A stretch of 64,000 bases of DNA from Macrostomum hystrix (taxonomy: Eukaryota > Animalia > Platyhelminthes). The position numbers were made by a program, and so were the translations under genes. The stretch covers positions 5,456,001 through 5,520,000 of the forward strand of contig CATNEN010000002.1 in assembly GCA_950097015.1 (NCBI GenBank). The letters are read 5' to 3'. The first letter of the stretch is position 1, and every line of letters starts with the position of its first letter. Positions 12,901 to 23,600 of this stretch are shown one piece after another. The notes under the pieces were generated by a model. It was given only the letters and a program-made list of their open reading frames with translations, did not search any database and was not told the origin of the DNA.

Positions 12901-14555
12901 TAAATTTAGGTTACTGTTCAGATGCTTTAGAATCCTAAATTTAGGTTACTGTTCGGATGCTTTAGAATCCTAAATTTAGGTTACTGTTCAGATGCTTTAG
13001 AATCCTAAATTTAGGTTACTGTTTAGATGCCTTAGAATCCTAAATTTAGGTGATTGTTCGGATGCCTTAGAATCCTAAATTTAGGTTACTGTTCAGATGC
13101 TCTAGAATCCTAAATTTAGGTTACTGTTCAGATGCTATAGAATCCTAAATTTAGGTTACATTTCAGATGCTTTAGAATCCTAAATTTAGGTTACTGTTCG
13201 GATGCTTTAGAATCCTAAATTTAGGTTACTGTTCGGATGCTTTAGAATCCTAAATTGAGGTTACTGTTTAGATGCCTTAGAATCTTAAATTTAGGTTATT
13301 GTTCGGATGCTTTAGAATCCTAAATTTAGGTTACTGTTCGGATGCTTCAGAATCCTAAATTTAGGTTGCTGTTTAGATGCTTTAGAATCCTAAATTTAGG
13401 TTACTGTTCGGATGCTTCAGAATCCTAAATTTAGGTTACTGTTCAGATGCTTTAGAATCCTAAATTTAGGTTACTGTTCAGATGCTTTAGAATCCTAAAT
13501 TTAGGTTACTGTTCGGATGCTTTAGAATCCTAAATTTAGGTTACTGTTTAGATGCTTTAGAATCCTAAATTTAGGTGATTGTTAAGATGCTTTAGAATCC
13601 TAAATTTTGGTGATTGTTTGGATGCTTTAGAATCCTAAATTTAGGTTATTGTTCGGATGCTTCAGAATCCTAAATTTAGGTGATTGTTTAGATGCTTTAG
13701 AATCCTAAATTTAGGTTATGGTTCGGATGCTTCAGAATCCTAAATTTAGGTTGCTGTTTAGATGCTTCAGAATCCTAAATTTAGGTTGCTGTTTAGATGC
13801 TTCAGAACCCTACATTTAGGTTACTGTTCAGATGCTTTAGAATCCTAAATTTAGGTGATTGTTTAGATGCTTTAGAATCCTAAATTTAGGTTACTGTTCA
13901 GATGCTTTAGAATCCTAAATTTAGTTGATTGTTAAGATGCTTTAGAATCCTAAATTTTGGTGATTGTTTAGATGCTTTAGAATCCTAAATTTAGGTTACT
14001 GTTCGGATGCTTTATAATCCTAAATTTAGGTTACTGTTCAGATGCTTTAGAATCCTAAATTTAGGTTACTGTTCGGATGCTTTAGAATCCTAAATTTAGG
14101 TTACTGTTCAGATGCTTTAGAATCCTAAATTTAGGTTTCTGTTCAGATGCTTTAGAATCCTAAATTTAGGTTACTGTTCGGATGCTTTAGAATCCTAAAT
14201 TTAGGTTACTGTTCAGATGCTTTAGAATCCTAAATTTAGGTGATTGTTCGGATGCCTTAGAATCCTAAATTTAAGTGATTGTTTAGATGCTTTAGAATCC
14301 TAAATTTAGGTTACTGTGGGGATGCTTTAGAATCCTAAATTTAGGTTACTGTTTAGATGCTTCAGAATCCTAAATTTAGGTGATTGTTCAGATGCTTCAG
14401 AATCCTAAATTTAGGTGATTGTTCGGATGCTTAAAAATCTAAAAGTTAGGTGAGCTCTACTCACAGCAAGATTCACTACCGAATCCCACTTTCAGACCGG
14501 CAACCAGTATTACTTGAGCTACCAGTTCGCCCATGAATCAGCTAATCCAAAATGA
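3958..14555 (+). CDS. APBB1IP/RAPH1: MRL-family adaptor (RIAM/lamellipodin/MIG-10-like) with Ras-association and PH domains, about 581 aa, 9 coding exons
   Basis: Exons 3958-4272, 4838-5503, 6501-6660, 8633-8754, 8834-8905, 9688-9825, 10137-10247, 11252-11353 and 14496-14555, all GT-AG and phase-consistent. Translation gives an N-terminal helix (ELDSILDSLHALQMDLD), DFPPPPPPEE, an RA domain (VRIHCLDRTTKMLCLDER...ERIVEDHELLGDTLLAW), a PH domain (KVWKKRLCSLRTSGIY...RWCTAIRIAL) and TGNQYYLSYQFA, which resembles YGKQLYMNYQEA. AATAAA follows near 14608. Confidence 0.88.
4430..4590 (-). mobile_element. tRNA-derived SINE fragment
   Basis: The minus strand has an A-box-like TGGTGGTTAACGCG and a B-box GGTTCGAATCC, followed by GTGTCATTTAGCAAGACACTTAACCC, which resembles CORE/V-type SINE central domains. 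It lies in MRL intron 1. Confidence 0.65.
5590..6065. repeat. 21-bp minisatellite (AATAGAAAATGGCACTTGATT)
   Basis: Tandem units inside MRL intron 2. Confidence 0.95.
6775..7025. repeat. Pyrimidine-rich short tandem repeat (CCCATCCTCTCTT-like)
   Basis: Tandem units in MRL intron 3. Confidence 0.85.
7685..8600. repeat. 21-bp minisatellite (CTCCCTACCAATTCCCCCACT)
   Basis: Tandem units ending just before the acceptor at 8632. Confidence 0.95.
8943..9030 (+). repeat. 16-bp minisatellite family A (GAGATGAGACACGGGA), short copy
   Basis: Same unit as the arrays at 11404, 15058 (inverted) and 47555. Confidence 0.9.
9850..10075. repeat. Two short tandem repeats (TGTACAAAGACTGTGTACTAAAC; ATGACCAGATTC-containing)
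   Basis: Visible tandem units in an MRL intron. Confidence 0.75.
10440..11045. repeat. 20-bp minisatellite (AATCCATGACCTAAAAACTC)
   Basis: Tandem units in an MRL intron. Confidence 0.92.
11404..12228 (+). repeat. 16-bp minisatellite family A
   Basis: About 50 units of GAGATGAGACACGG(G/C)A. Confidence 0.95.
12710..14430. repeat. 35-bp minisatellite with internal palindrome CCTAAATTTAGG
   Basis: About 49 units of AATCCTAAATTTAGGTTACTGTTCRGATGCTTTAG in the last MRL intron. Confidence 0.96.
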
Positions 14556-15057
14556 TTCGTTAATCGCTAATTCGTTCAACCAGAGCTTTTTGATGCAAAA
14601 AACAAGAATAAAAGACTTTCATTATTAGCACATTAAAGCCATGGCAGAAAATTTCAAATCGGTGTAAAATTATAATTCCATTTTTTTTAATTTTTAGAAA
14701 CTTGCTTTTGCTTTTTTCATTCATGAGTAGCTTTGCATGCCGAACGACATCCACTTCTGCCGAGCATACTTGCAATATGCTAATAATTATGAAGGTCATG
14801 GACTTTGCTGCTCAAATAAAAAAATTATTTACTTGAAATCGCTGCTTTGTAGGACAAATTTTTCATATTCAATATGACTGCTGTTCGCTTCGAGATTCTA
14901 GTGCCTCTCGCATGCTTTCATGGTTCTTTGTTTAATTATCTGTTTATTTTATTTATTGTTTAATTATCTGCCTTTTTATTGTTATTAACTTGTTATTGAA
15001 TATTACCTGAGACAGCAGCAAAACTATCTTGCCTAATAGCCCTGCAACAGCAAACAT

Positions 15058-15818
15058 ATCTCATCTCTCCCTTGCCTTCTCCCTCCCGTGTCTCGTCTCT
15101 CCCCTGTCTCATCTCTCCCGTGTCTCATCTCTCCCTTGCCTTCTCCCTCCCGTGTCTCGTCTCTCCCCTGTCTCATCTCTCCCGTGTCTCATCTCTCCCT
15201 TGCCTTCTCTCTCCCGTGTCTCGTCTCTCCCCTGTCTCATCTCTCCCCTGTCTCATCTCTCCCGTGTCTCATCTCTCCCTTGCCTTCTCCCTCCCGTGTC
15301 TCGTCTCTCCCCTGTCTCATCTCTCCCCTGTCTCATCTCTCCCGTGTCTCATCTCTCCCTTGCCTTCTCTCTCCCGTGTCTCGTCTCTCCCCTGTCTCAT
15401 CTCTCCCCTGTCTCATCTCTCCCGTGTCTCATCTCTCCCGTGTCTCATCTCTCCCCTGTCTCATCTCTCCCGTGTCTCATCTCTCCCGTGTCTCATCTCT
15501 CCCCTGTCTCATCTCTCCCGTGTCTCATCTCTCCCGTGTCTCATCTCTCCCCTGTGTCATCTCTCCCCTGTCTCATCTCTCCCCTGTCTCATCTCTCCCG
15601 TGTCTCATCTCTCCCGTGTCTCATCTCTCCCCTGTCTCATCTCTCCCGTGTCTCATCTCTCCCCTGTCTCATCTCTGCCGTACGTCTCATCTCTGCCGTG
15701 TCTCATCTCTCCCGTGTCTCATCTCTCCCGTGTCTCATCTCTCCCCTGTGTCATCTCTCCCCTGTCTCATCTCTCCCCTGTCTCATCTCTCCCCTGTCTC
15801 ATCTCTCCCCTGTCTCAT
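15058..15818 (-). repeat. 16-bp minisatellite family A, inverted orientation
   Basis: TCTCATCTCTCCCGTG units are the reverse complement of family A. Confidence 0.95.
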
Positions 15819-16679
15819 CCCTCAGGGGATCTACCACTGCGCCCCAGCCATGTCCCTATTTTGTATCTGAAATGCCCAGTTATTTTATACTTTACCATTA
15901 AGCCGCTCTATATTCGTGTCTCAAACCCCATTTTATGCTATGGCTGGCCCCCTGTCATCCCCCTGGCAACTATGCAACTCACCTCTTTTATTCGATGCCA
16001 ATAAACAGCCCTCACAGTCGCGAAGGCATAGCAATTGTCCAAGCCAAGAGCTTTTTGATGCTGCATCCAAATAGAAAAAAAAACTACAAAACAAGCTTGT
16101 GATTTTTTTCCTAAGCATCGAACAAATCAAACGTAATTTTTTTTGTTCAGAAAATCAAATCAATTTCTTATATTAAACAATTCTTTCACTATAATATAAG
16201 CTATATTAATTGCAGTTTTTCACACCACCAATAATTGCTTCGAAATTCGAGACATCCCATTTAAACTGCTAAAATACATCCCCATTTCAATTTTGAGCCT
16301 CCATCGAAGTTTGACTTACTTTTTTTCAATATTCAACTACTCTACTCTAAGTAGAAATGCAAGTAAAAATTGCCTTTATAATTTCGGGCACACAAAAAAC
16401 TGCGCACCCATTGGAGCTCCATAAAAGTTTTATTTGCTGTCCAACATCTGGGCAACAGATGCCTCAGAAGGCCTGCGAGCTCCTCCACCATAAAAATTAT
16501 TGAATTCTTCTAGCAATGGCCAAAGTGTTTTAATTATCTGCCCACGTTTTATCACCATTTTGTCTGCCTTCCTTGCCCGACATTTTAATGAGACCGGGCA
16601 CTCCACAGCCATAAATTCCCCTAATTTATTTCGTTTCCCGGGGCTGAAAAATCCCCCCATGCTCACCGATGTCACATCC

Positions 16680-16900
16680 CTATCCCATCTCACCCTCCTT
16701 CCTCATCTCACCCTCTCCTTCCTCATCTCACCCCTCCTTCCTCATCTCACCCTCTCCACCCTCATCTCACCCCTCCTTCCTCATCTCACCCCTACTTCCT
16801 CATCTCACCCTCCTTCCTCATCTCACCCTCCTTCCCCATCTCAACCTACCTCACGTCTTCACTCTCCTTCCTCATCTCTCCTCATCTCTAATCTCACCTG
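16680..16900. repeat. Pyrimidine-rich tandem repeat (CCTCATCTCACCCTCCTT-like)
   Basis: Visible degenerate tandem units. Confidence 0.8.
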
Positions 16901-17484
16901 CTCACGGCGTCCTTAGCTCACCTTCACCCCTGCCCCAATTTCAATCGCATCCAATTCTTCAATCTCCCACCTACTCGGTGATTGTGAGACCATCTGTCTC
17001 AGTCCGTCCCACTCACATAATCACTCCCCTAATTCTCGGATCCCTGTATTCCGATCCTATTCCATTCCAATGTCCCCTCCACCACTCAATCCATCATTTT
17101 CCATTCCGGGCGCTCTCATTAAGTTGGCATTGAAAGCCAGTCAACTGTCTCTCCCCTGAGTCTCTCGTGAGTAAGTTTTTTTTGCCACCTCAGTTGGTTG
17201 CATCATAAACGCCAGGCAACCAAACAACACTGAGCGATGCTCTGATCTGATAGAACGCTGCTCAGATCAGGTTTCAGGTATTGAGCACGCCTGCTCATTA
17301 CCCATTCTGCTTGCGTGAACATGCCTTTTTTAAAGAAAAAAACTGAAATTATCGATCGTTAAGTGAAGCCTACACTTGCCAGCTGCCTGTCACAGCACTG
17401 TTTTGTTATCTTTTTATATTAATAATTAATTATTAATCTCACAAATCTTTTGCATCAATACATCGATATTTTTTCTACTGATCT

Positions 17485-18930
17485 CTTATCTCACCTCTCT
17501 TCCCTTCTATCTCACCTCTTCTCTCCTGTCTCTTCCCTTCTATCTTAACTCTCTTCTCTCCCATCTCACCTCTCTTCTCTCCTATCTCACCTATTCTCTC
17601 ATATCTCACCCTTTTCTCTCCTATCTCACCTCTCTTCTCTGATATCTCACCCTCTTCTCTCCTATCTCACCTCTCTTCTCTCCTATCTCACCTCTTCTCT
17701 CCTATCTCACCTCTTCTCTCCTATCTCACCTCTTCTCTCCTATCTCACCTCTTCTCTCCTATCTCACCCTGTTCTCTCCTATCTCACCTCTTCTCTCCTA
17801 CCTCACCCTCGACTCTCCTATCTCACCTCTTCTCTCCTACCTCACTTCTCTTCTCTCCTATCTCACCTCTCTTCTCTCCTATCTCACCTCTCTTCTCTCC
17901 TACCTCACCCTCTTCTATCCTATCTCACCTCTTCTCTCCTACCTCACACTCTTCTATCCTATCTCACCTCTTCTCTCCTACCTCACCCTCTTTTATCCTA
18001 CCTCACCCTCTTCTCTCCTATCTCACCTCTCTTCTCTCCTATCTCACCTCTTCTCTCCTATCTCACCTCTTCTCTCCTATCTCACCCTCTTCTCTCCTAC
18101 CTCACCCTCTTCTCTCCTATCTCACTTCTCTTCTCTCCTATCTCACCTCTCTTCTCTCCTATCTCACCTCTCTTCTCTCCTACCTCACCCTCTTCTATCC
18201 TATCTCACCTCTTCTCTCCTACCTCACACTCTTCTATCCTATCTCACCTCTTCTCTCCTACCTCACCCTCTTTTATCCTACCTCACACTCTTCTATCCTA
18301 TCTCACCTCTTCTCTCCTACCTCACCCTCTTTTATCCTACCTCACCCTCTTCTATCCTATCTCACCTCTTCTCACCTATCTCACCCTCTTCTCTCCTATC
18401 TCACCTCTCTTCTCTCCTATCTCACCTCTTCTCTGATATCTCACCCTCTTCTCTCCTATCTCACCTCTCTTCTCTCCTATCTCACCTCTCTTCTCTCCTA
18501 TCTCACCTCCTCTCTCCTATCTCACCTCTTCTCTCCTATCTCACCTCTCTTCTCTCCTATCTCACCTCTCTTCTCTCCTATCTCACCTCTTCTCTCCTAT
18601 CTCACCTCTTCTATCCTATCTCACCTCTTCTCTCCTACCTCACCCTCTTCTATCCTACCTCACCCTCTTCTCTCCTATCTCACCTCTCTTCTCTCCTATC
18701 TCACCTCTCTTCTCTCCTATCTCACCTCTCTTCTCTCCTATCTCACCTCTTCTCTCCTATCTCACCTCTTCTCTCCTATCTCACCTCTTATCTCCTATCT
18801 CACCTCTCTTCTCTCCTATCTCACCTCTCTTCTCTCCTATCTCACCTCTTCTCTCCTATCTCACCTCTTCTCTCCTATCTCACCTCTCTTCTCTCCTATC
18901 TCACCTCTCTTCTCTCCTATCTCACCTCTG
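17485..18930. repeat. 19-21-bp pyrimidine minisatellite (CTCTTCTCTCCTATCTCAC)
   Basis: Long tandem array in intergenic DNA. Confidence 0.95.
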
Positions 18931-20609
18931 TTCTCTACTCTGGGTGTTATTTCTAGCATTAAACCAGACCAGACCTGCTAACAATGGCACTTCTGTCAAC
19001 AGAAAGCTGTCAATTTTTTTTCTACGAGTTTAAACAAACTGAGGACAAAATCGATCGTTACGCAATCTAGACTGGGTTGTCAGTGAGAAATTGAGTGTGA
19101 AATTGGCCTGATTAAACCCATTGAAAAGCCTGATTAACAAAGCAACAAAGGGCTGTGAAGAATTTAGAATAACTTTGTTTTACTTCCACTCAGTGACCTT
19201 GAAAGAGAAGGGCTTTAGATGAAATGAAATGAAATCTAGCGTCGATAATTGTGACACCCACCTTAAGCATATTGAGCAGTGTTTGAGTTGCTTAAGTCAC
19301 CAAGGCGAGGCAGGTGGATATATAATTCTTATTATCGATTGCTAAGCTTGAAAATCTTTTCAACTGTCAACGATTTCGTTTAAGTTTATGCAGATAGGAA
19401 AGTGATAAATAATCATTTAGACTACTTACTAATTCCATTTGTCAGTAGCAATACTTGACTTTTTTACTTTAAATTAAAAAAAACGAAATAGTGATAAAAG
19501 TTTACAGTATATTTGTGCAATTATAAAATGAAACTGAATGTTAAGACAATTAATTTTCATGAGGCTTGTCCTACGGTTACACCGCTTTTTTGTTATAGAA
19601 ACAGAACGAGAACACTAGACAAATAATAGAAGTCGTTTTTGTTTATTTAGTTAACTAATCTGAGTATTTACTAGTATAAGTAGTATTTTGTCGCTGTTTA
19701 AAATCAAGCATTTTTTCTTCTTAATTGTGCGAAAAATCTTTGTTAATCATAACTCGTGAAAAAGAGGTTAGCTCGTACATTAAATACAGCTTTAAATACA
19801 TTAAATACAGCTTTAAATACATTAAATACAGCTTTAAATATATTAAATACAGCTTTTTTATTTCTTTAATCTTAACTATATTTCAAATATCATTTACTTA
19901 ATCGACATTAAGTTTGCAGTAAAAACAAACAAAATTAAATCCAGTAAAAATTGTATTAAACAACACAGTTGGAAACAAACTAATAAACTATATACTACTG
20001 TTAGCTTACGAACCAGTTTTTACAAGTAGTATAGTCAGAGTGAGAGTATATTGTCTATTCTATAAATCCACTTTGAAAAAAAACAAATAAAAAACTCGAG
20101 ACAATTTTACAGAATTTCAAGTTAAATCTTCCCAATCTGTTGTTTATTTTCAGGGCAATGCCAATCTCAGAGTATTTCAGAATCTAAATTTAACTATCAG
20201 CACGAAATCTAATAACTAATTTAACATCTTATATTTCAACCGGCTCATTTTAACATTTTAACAGACTGATATTAAGATATTATAGATAAAAGATATTATA
20301 CTGACGCATTTTTATGTTCAAAATGGCAAATTTAGATTTTTAAAAAGCAAATAAAAACATATTTTTTTTAAGTTACAAATTTTAAAATTCAAATTGACAC
20401 ATTTTTGTATTTAAATAATTTTTTATTCTGTCAAAGCAAAACTACACCAAAGCAGAAGTCCCTAAAAGTTGATGCCACAGTTAGCTAATGCGAAGTCACT
20501 CGCATGTTTTGAAACCGACAAAATAGTTAATAACAAAATAACAGATTTTGCAAAATGGCGTCAAAACTTCCGGATTGTTTTTTTCCGTGAATCGTCTCCG
20601 ACCGAGTCG

Positions 20610-23600
20610 CTACCAGACCATGCCAAGGTTCTTCTGCGTGCCGCCGACCGGGTCCGGACCGGCCTGTCCGGCTTTGACCGCCGTTGCCGAGTTTCGCCGA
20701 AAATTCGGCAGCTGAACCGCCCGCTGGTCGGCCGTCTGGTAGGAGGGCCGGATGCCGCCGCGGCCTGGCAGCTGCGGGCCGAGGCCGCCGCCCGCGCCTG
20801 CTTTGGCAGCCCTCCGCAATGGCAGCGTGTTGCGCCCGCCGCGCTCGCAATGGTCGATGACCTTGGAGGCGTAGGACTGGCGGAGGGGGTGGGCGGTTTG
20901 TTTATTGGAGATCCTATATGGCATTTTTGCCTTCCATCCTAAATGGCATCCCAATCTAAAAATGGCATCCAAATCTAACAATGGCATCCCAATCTGAAAA
21001 TGGCATCCCAATCTAAAATATGGCATCCCAATCTAAAAATGGCGTCTCAATCTAGAAATGGCATCTCAATCTAAAAACGGCATCTCAATCTAACAATGGC
21101 ATCCCAATCTGAAAATGGCATCCCAATCTGAAAATGGCATCCCAATCTGAAAATTGCATCCAAATCTAAAAACGGCATCTCAATCTGAAAATGGCATCAC
21201 AATCTAAAAATGGCATCCCAATCTGAAAATGGCATCCCAATCTGAAAATGGCATCCCAATCTGAAAATGGCATCCCAATCTGAAAATGGCATCCCAATCT
21301 GAAAATGGCATCCCAATCTGAAAATGGCATCCCAATCTCACGATGGCACCTAAGTATAAAATTGCACCCAAAACTTCAAAATGGCAGCCAACCCCAGCCA
21401 GCCTCACCTGGAACTGCTCCTCCTCCTGCTCAAGGAGGTGCAGATTGGCGGCCTCGTACTCCAGCTCGGCCTGGCGGGCCCGCTGAGCCTGACTGTCCCT
21501 CTCGGCGGCCTGGCTTGCCAGCAGCTCGGCGAGGCGGCGTTCCTCGGCCAGCTTGGCCTGGGCGCGCTGGCGCTCCCGCTGCTGGAACAGCTCGTCAGCT
21601 TCGCGACGGGCGCGCACCTGGCGAGAGAATGGGGACCGATTTTATGGGATTTTGAAGATTGACTGATAGGGTGTTAGACATTGCTGACAGGGTGTTAGAC
21701 CTTGCTGACAGGGTGTTAGACCTTGCTGACAGGGTGTTAGATATTGTTGACAGGGTGTTAGATATTGTTGACAGGGTGTTAGAAATTGATGAAAGGGTGT
21801 TAGAAATTGCTGACGGGTGTTAGGCGTTGCTGACAGGGTGTTAGATATTGTTGACAGGGTTTTAGATATTGCTGACGGGTGTTAGACATTGCTGACAGGG
21901 TTTTAGAGAGTTGTCGACAATGTGAATAACACCCAGCAGACATCCTCACCATCTCCAAGTCGCGCTGTTTCTGATCGGCCGCCTCGGCTGCGCGGCGACG
22001 TCCCTGATCCTCCCGGTGATGGGCGATGCTCTCCTGCATCGCCTGACGCTGGCGCCGCTTCGAGTCCTCCTCGTTCACAAGCTTCTCTTCGCGCTCCTGT
22101 TCGATGGGATGATTCACAGTGTCTAACAGATAAACCCAGCTGTCTAACAGGTGAACCCAGCTGTCTAACAGGTGAACCCAGCTGTCTAACAGGTGAACCC
22201 AGCTGTCTAACAGGTGAACCCAGCTGTCTAACAGGTGAACCCAGCTGTCTAACAGGTGAACCCAGCTGTCTAACAGGTGAACCCAGCTGTCTAACAGGTG
22301 AACCCAGCTGTCTAACAGGTGAACCCAGCTGTCTAACAGGTGAACCCAGCTGTCTAACAGGTGAACCCAGCTGTCTAACAGGTGAACCCAGTTGTCTAAC
22401 AGGTGAACCCAGCTGTCTAACAGGTGAACCCAGCTGTCTAACAGGTGAACCCAGCTGTCTAGCAGGTGAACCCAGCTGTCTAACAGGTGAACCCAGCTGT
22501 CTAGCAGGTGAACCCAGGTGCCCACCTGCACAGCATTGTACAGCCGCTCCTCTTCGTCGCTCTTTTTCGCAGCCAGCTCGGCTGCCAGGCGCTCCTTGAT
22601 GCGGTTGAGGTTGCGCTGCTTCTCCTCGTGAATCTCGCGCTCCTTCTCAGCCCGCAGCCGCATCATCTTCTTCTTGGCGGCGGCGAACACCCGGCAGTCT
22701 TCGTCCTCCTCTTCGTCTAGCAGCTTCTGGACCTCCTTCATGCGGCGAACGTCGGCGATCTGCTTCAGGTTGTCGTGCATCAGCTCTCGCTGCTCCTGCT
22801 TGGCGATCTGGTCGAGGCGTTTTCGCTCCAGGGCGTTGGCCACCGCCAGCCGACGCAGCTCCAGGCCCTCCTCGTCCTCCAGCTGCCCTTCGCGGCTCTG
22901 GTGCTCCCGGTGCTGGCGGATCTGCTCCTGCTGGTAGCCGGCGCACTCGTGCCGCTTGCGAATGCGTTCAGCAGCCTCTTCCTGGTCGCGCCGAATCGCT
23001 GCGGAGAGATTGTGTGGCGGTAGTTGAAGTTTTCAGTGGAATCTCTGCAGTTACAGACCGAGAGGTCGGGAGTTCGAACCGACATAGTGCTTCAACTCAA
23101 CCAGCTGTAAAATGGGTACATGGGTGCCTGGGTACATGTAATGCATCTGGCCCAACTGGGGCATAAATTATTTTTTCCTTCTCTATTCCTCTGATCCAAG
23201 GTCATTTTCAGGGAATCCTTTGATCCAAGGTCCTTGGCGGAGAATCCTCTGATCCAAGGTCATTTGCGGAGAATCCTCGGATCCAAGGTCATTTGCGGGG
23301 AATCCTCTGATCCAAGGTCATTTGCGGAGAATCCTCTGATCCAATGTCATTTGCGGGGAATCCTTGGATCCAAGGTCATTTGCGGAGAATCCTTTCATCC
23401 AAGGTCATTTTCAGGGAATCCTTTGATCCAAGGTCCTTGGCGGAGAATCCTCTGATCCAATGTCATTTGCGGGGAATCCTCGGATCCAAGGTCATTTGCG
23501 GAGAAGGGATTATTAGGGAATCCTCTAATCCAAGGTCATTGCAGAGTATCGAGGTCTTTTGCGGGGAATCCTTTCGGACACACGGTAGATTTCTAGGCAA

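Noticed and set aside
12710-14430. Palindromic regularly spaced repeat resembling a CRISPR array (also considered 24720-26950 and 39950-43015)
   Set aside because: The intervening segments are variants of one sequence rather than unique spacers. The context is eukaryotic and intronic, and there are no cas genes.
16430-16693. Minus-strand ORF with PSEASV, faintly like a hAT dimerisation motif
   Set aside because: The match is too short, and no TIRs or other transposase motifs were found.
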